Source: a virus
Taxonomy: Duplodnaviria; Caudoviricetes
Reading direction: 5' to 3' (one strand)
DNA: 64,000 nt
Virus record (IMG/VR): IMGVR_UViG_2671180292_000001
Coordinates: 32,001 to 96,000 of that record
Below are positions 60,347-64,000 of this stretch, in pieces. The translations under genes were made by a program, and so were the position numbers. A model generated the notes under the pieces. The model was not told where the DNA came from. It saw nothing but the letters and a program-made list of their open reading frames with translations, and did no database searches. Within the stretch, counting starts at the first letter, position 1. Every line of letters begins with the position of its first letter.

Positions 60347-60666
60347 GGCAGCGCGAGCCCATCACCCTGACGTCGGGGAACCACATGCCAATGCAGGTGA
60401 TAGACGGATTGGGTCGCCTCGGCTCCCCGGCTGGTGATGACGTTGCAGGCGTCCCACCCGCCGGCCAACTCCGCCGCAGCGCGAGCGGCTGTCGCGGAGA
60501 CGGCGGGGTCGTCAGCCACGTCCTCGACGTGCACCCGGGGCACCACCAGCGTGTGCCCCGGCGTGACCGGGCCGAGGGGGACGAACGCGACCGCGTCCGA
60601 CCACCAGCGGACCACCTGGGCGGGCGCATCCCCCGCGATGATGGCGCAGAACACGCACGCGCTCAC
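60331..60666 (-). CDS. HIT family nucleotide hydrolase
   Basis: CVFCAI, GHTLVVP, QSVYHLHWHVVPR. Confidence 0.92.
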   Translation of the reverse strand: MSACVFCAIIAGDAPAQVVRWWSDAVAFVPLGPVTPGHTLVVPRVHVEDVADDPAVSATAARAAAELAGGWDACNVITSRGAEATQSVYHLHWHVVPRRQGDGLALPWTPR

Positions 60667-61121
60667 GGTGCCGTCACCTCCCGCCCGGGAGCCTGCTCGG
60701 TGGTGGCTTCGTCCCAGGCGTAGGAGCAGTTGCCGCCGATGCGCTCCAGCTCGGCCACGCGCTCGCGCAGCCGCTCCAGCTCGGCGTCTCGTACGGTCAG
60801 GACGGCGGCGGTGAGGTCGTCAGGTCCAAGGTTCGTGACGATCCGCTGCTCGGAAGCGAGGCGGGCCCATTCGGCGTTGAGCGCGGCCGCGTACCGGTGG
60901 CGGTCAGCATGCTCATTGGCATGCGCGTTAGAAAGCTGATGGGCATGCTCGGTCTCGTCGGCCAGGGCGACCGCGAGGACCCGGCGCACGTCCCCCTGGC
61001 AGACCGCACACTCAATGTCGAACCGGTGCTCGCTGTGTGCGCTCCACGGGCCGGACCCCCACGGGTGGGACAGCACCGCCCGCGCAGCCAGCTCCAACGT
61101 GGTCGACGGGAGGTCAGGCAT
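60663..61121 (-). CDS. Hypothetical protein
   Basis: Coupled; VLTVRDAELERLR coil. Confidence 0.6.
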   Translation of the reverse strand: MPDLPSTTLELAARAVLSHPWGSGPWSAHSEHRFDIECAVCQGDVRRVLAVALADETEHAHQLSNAHANEHADRHRYAAALNAEWARLASEQRIVTNLGPDDLTAAVLTVRDAELERLRERVAELERIGGNCSYAWDEATTEQAPGREVTAP

Positions 61122-61668
61122 CGGAGGCGTCTCCCTTCGACTGCGCGACGAACTCCGCTTCCTCAGCGGTCCACCGCCACGACGGCAGCAGCCCCGTCAT
61201 CGTCAGCACGTCGCCTTCGACGAGCTTGACCGCGTTGTCGAACGCTGCCGCCTCGACCAGCAGCGCCCGGCGAGCTTCTACGGGTGCGCCCTGGGCGTAC
61301 TCCCGTCGGCCAGCGGCGGCGCGTCGGAGGTCGGCGATGATGCGGGCACGCTCCTCAGCGCGAGCCTGCTCAGCGATGGCAACTGCCCGCTTCGCCACGG
61401 CTTCGTCGGTGACCTGCTCAACCGCGGCGAGTAGCTTCGGCCGCTCCTCGTTGATGGCCTCGGCGGTGATAGTCCGGATCATCGCTTCGTGCTGTTCGCG
61501 GGTCGCCGTCCGGAGTGCATGCTCGGCGATGAACGGTGCGGCGGCCTCGATTGCAGCGCGTGCGAAGTCTTCGTCGCCCTTGAAGAACGGGTCAAACGGG
61601 CGAGATCTCAACGCCGCCTCGATCGCGTGCTCGGTGGCTTGTACGGCTTCCGCCGGGATCTCAGACAT
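61114..61668 (-). CDS. Hypothetical helical protein (MSEIPAEAV...)
   Basis: GGAG RBS; 8-bp overlaps with neighbours. Confidence 0.65.
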   Translation of the reverse strand: MSEIPAEAVQATEHAIEAALRSRPFDPFFKGDEDFARAAIEAAAPFIAEHALRTATREQHEAMIRTITAEAINEERPKLLAAVEQVTDEAVAKRAVAIAEQARAEERARIIADLRRAAAGRREYAQGAPVEARRALLVEAAAFDNAVKLVEGDVLTMTGLLPSWRWTAEEAEFVAQSKGDASDA

Positions 61669-62140
61669 CGGCGTCTCCGCTGGCGATGATGAGGGCCGCC
61701 ACCCACAACCAGCCGATGTGCCACGCCTGATCCAACGCGTAGGAGCCCGTCCCCAGGGTGGGGTTGTCATCGTGGCCAGGGCGAGGCCTGCCGAGTCGGT
61801 AGAACTCGCCCGAGCCGAGCCGCGCGGCCAGAGCGGCCAGGGTGTAGCGGCGGTCTGCCCAGTAGTGGCTGACCGCGTCCAGGGTGAGCGCGAGGGCGGT
61901 GCGGCCGAGCGGAAGCCGAGTCCTCGTCACCTTCGCGGTAACGCCGAGCACGACTGCCTTCGTGAGCGTCATCGTCGCAACGTGACGGGCGCACGCCGCC
62001 TGACCGGCACGCTGCTGTGCTCCCGTGCCGCCTTTCGCGCTCGCCTGCGCATGCGTCTGAACCCAGTGATCCCCGACCTCGTGGGCGGCGTACAAGGCCG
62101 CCAGAGCGGCAGCGAAACGGACTGCGGAGTGAGTAGCCAT
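61661..62140 (-). CDS. DUF3307-like membrane protein
   Basis: HEVGDHWVQT, HYWADRR, LDQAWH motifs. Confidence 0.8.
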   Translation of the reverse strand: MATHSAVRFAAALAALYAAHEVGDHWVQTHAQASAKGGTGAQQRAGQAACARHVATMTLTKAVVLGVTAKVTRTRLPLGRTALALTLDAVSHYWADRRYTLAALAARLGSGEFYRLGRPRPGHDDNPTLGTGSYALDQAWHIGWLWVAALIIASGDADV

Positions 62141-62532
62141 CAGATGGTCCCTTCGGCACCGAAGTCCGGCAGGACCCGCGCGCCATCTGCTCTGCCCCAC
62201 AGGTGAAGGGCATGAAGGTGGATGTTCACGTGCCGGCGCTTGCTGGGGAACACCTGGTACGCCTCGCGGCGGTCCCCGAACACGGCCTGCTTGAGCATGG
62301 TCAGGTCCTCGTAGGAGGGCATCCGGGTGTTCAAGGCGATCGACGCGTGGATCCACTGCACGCCATCGATCTCGGCCTGAGACACGATCACCGACCCTGC
62401 TGCCCAGTCGCCGAGGACGACCTTGATTCCTGCCGGACCGTACGGGACAGGCGGCCACGGGTTGAGCCCGGCACGGCGCAGCGTCTTGTACACGCGGACG
62501 GGGTCCACGTCCAGCAGGGCGAGATGGGAGAG
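62140..62532 (-). CDS. Conserved phage protein, N-terminus probably cut off by the IS insertion
   Basis: WIHASIA...MPSYEDL..LK..VFG...HVNIH..LHLW; frame open up to the IS right end, no RBS before GTG 62508. Confidence 0.6.
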   Translation of the reverse strand, partial: LSHLALLDVDPVRVYKTLRRAGLNPWPPVPYGPAGIKVVLGDWAAGSVIVSQAEIDGVQWIHASIALNTRMPSYEDLTMLKQAVFGDRREAYQVFPSKRRHVNIHLHALHLWGRADGARVLPDFGAEGTI

Positions 62533-62584
62533 TTGACTTCCTCCCCACGCCTGAAGGCGGGGGATTCCCGTGGCTGAGGCGCGT

Positions 62585-63778
62585 TCACGCTGCCTCTACC
62601 TTGGGTGGTTGGCGCTTCACAGACCGCCCAACGGCGAGGTCTCCACGCCCTGTCACCGCCAGCCCGGCGGCGAGGATGTTCTTCGCGGCGTTCACGTCGG
62701 CGTTGGCCTGGTGGCCGCAGGCGCGGCACCGGAACACCGCTTGGCTCTCACGGTTGTCCGGCGCGCAGTGCCCGCAGGCATGGCAGGTCTGCGATGTGAA
62801 CGCAGGTGGCACCCGCAGAATACGGGAGCCGTTGTAACGAGCCTTGTGCTCTAAGGCGGTCAGCAGACCGCCCCATCCCTTGGCCAGGATCGCCCGGTTC
62901 AGCCCAGCCTTGGCGGCGACGTTCCTCCCCGGCTCGGCAAGCGTGCCTTTGGCAGAGGCGGTCATGTTCCGGATGTTGAGGTCCTCCACAACGACCAGTC
63001 CGTGGTCACGGGTGAGGCGGTTGGCGGTCCACGCCAGGAAGTCGGTACGCCGGGCGCGGATGCGGGCGTTCAGCTTGGTCAGCTTCGCCCGGGCGGCCGC
63101 GCGCCGGTTGGAGCCCTTCCGCTGCCGGGCGAGCTGCTGCTGAAGACGCTTGAGCCGTACCGCCTCCCCTGGGGTGACGACCTCGCGGTCACGCATCCAC
63201 CCGGACGAGGTAGCGACTGCGACAGTGACACCACGATCCACCCCCACCGGGGGTTTGCCATTCGGTGCGGACTCCATCAGCCCGTCTTCGACGCAGAAGG
63301 AGATGTACCAGCGCCCACCGTCCTTGAGCACGGTGGCATTGCGAAGTTGCCCGCCGAGCGGGCGTGTCCACCGGAAGCGGGTCCAGCCCAGCTTGGGCAG
63401 CTTGACCCGGCCCCAGCGACGGGAGATTCGCTCCACGGTGATCTGCTTGGGATCGGGGAAGCGGAACGTCGGCGCGTTTTTCCGCTTGGAGCGCCAGCGG
63501 ACCTTGAACGTGCCGTGCGTCTTACATGCCCGCTCAAGGTCGCGCAGCGTTTGCTGAAGCGTGTGCGACGGGGCCTCGGCCAGCCACGGGAACTCGCGCT
63601 TGGCTTCGGCCATTTGCCGCGCCTGCTCTACGTAACCGATGAACGCGCCGCGCCGCCGGTACTGTCGGCGCTGCTCCAGCGCGGTGTTCCACACAACCCG
63701 GCAGGCGTCACCGATCTTCTCGGCGAACTCCTCCTGCTCGGGGGTGAAGGCCAGCAGGTAGCGGCGGCCGGTCAGCAT
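62585..63778 (-). CDS. tnpB: RNA-guided endonuclease TnpB
   Basis: GVDRG, VEDL, TSQTCHACG, NADVNAAKNI. Confidence 0.95.
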   Translation of the reverse strand: MLTGRRYLLAFTPEQEEFAEKIGDACRVVWNTALEQRRQYRRRGAFIGYVEQARQMAEAKREFPWLAEAPSHTLQQTLRDLERACKTHGTFKVRWRSKRKNAPTFRFPDPKQITVERISRRWGRVKLPKLGWTRFRWTRPLGGQLRNATVLKDGGRWYISFCVEDGLMESAPNGKPPVGVDRGVTVAVATSSGWMRDREVVTPGEAVRLKRLQQQLARQRKGSNRRAAARAKLTKLNARIRARRTDFLAWTANRLTRDHGLVVVEDLNIRNMTASAKGTLAEPGRNVAAKAGLNRAILAKGWGGLLTALEHKARYNGSRILRVPPAFTSQTCHACGHCAPDNRESQAVFRCRACGHQANADVNAAKNILAAGLAVTGRGDLAVGRSVKRQPPKVEAA

Positions 63779-64000
63779 TCAACGGCCCTTCTGCTGCTCG
63801 ACGTACCGCTTCACCACATCCAGTGGCGCGCCGCCGACCGTGGCTACGAAGTAGGAGTTCGTCCACAACGTCGGCAGCCGGGACTTCAGGTGCGGGAACT
63901 CCTCCCGCAGCACGCGGGACGAGCGGCCCTTGATGGCCTTCACCAGACGGTGGATGCCGTACTGCGGATCGACTTCAACCAGGAGGTGGACGTGGTCGGG
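63779..64000 (-). CDS. tnpA: Y1 HUH transposase TnpA (partial)
   Basis: PDHVHLL..KGRSSR.LR.EF..LWTNSYF..VKRYVEQQ; stop abuts tnpB ATG. Confidence 0.93.
   Translation of the reverse strand, partial: PDHVHLLVEVDPQYGIHRLVKAIKGRSSRVLREEFPHLKSRLPTLWTNSYFVATVGGAPLDVVKRYVEQQKGR

Larger units (their letters stand above)
62533..64000 (-). mobile_element. IS605-group element (tnpA + tnpB); left part outside window
   Basis: Right end GAATCCCCCGCC-TTCA-GGCGTGGGGAGGAAG-TCAA ending at 62533; tandem tnpA and tnpB. Confidence 0.92.

Noticed and set aside
23427-63778. Nuclease-dead TnpB (TldR-like) or Cas12f
   Set aside because: All three keep the RuvC D, E and D residues and have IS right ends; no CRISPR array.

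Overview
High-GC actinomycete sequence, mostly one siphovirus-type prophage or phage-plasmid read on the minus strand. Right to left it holds: small early/accessory genes (about 52.6-62.5 kb) behind three near-identical promoter/operator cassettes; terS and terL; a cargo block with a tyrosine recombinase; portal; a MuF/2H-phosphoesterase/wHTH/protease fusion; separate large and small capsid genes (architecture like mycobacteriophage cluster B); a Cys-rich modular head-decoration cluster with a 1844-aa protein and an RCC1-repeat protein; tail genes with a 1535-aa tape measure; and amidase endolysin plus holin. Bases 1-4.7 kb are accessory genes, including an SOS-box-linked DUF6504-like gene. 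Selfish elements are abundant: three HNH endonucleases, three TnpB genes with intact catalytic motifs (one with tnpA) and an orphan IS200/IS605 right end. Best leads: (1) two antisense HNH genes inserted just after a host RBS+ATG, whose open antisense frame stops 1-2 nt before a restart of the host virion gene; (2) a tnpA-less TnpB cassette flanked by a recoded duplicate of the host gene 3' end matching its predicted guide; (3) a conserved leader motif ahead of six late gene blocks; (4) a 19-aa Asn/aliphatic peptide gene whose RBS can pair with a downstream hairpin; (5) in-frame TAG-GTG adjacency of the tail chaperones. Family assignments come from motif recognition by eye; no searches were run.
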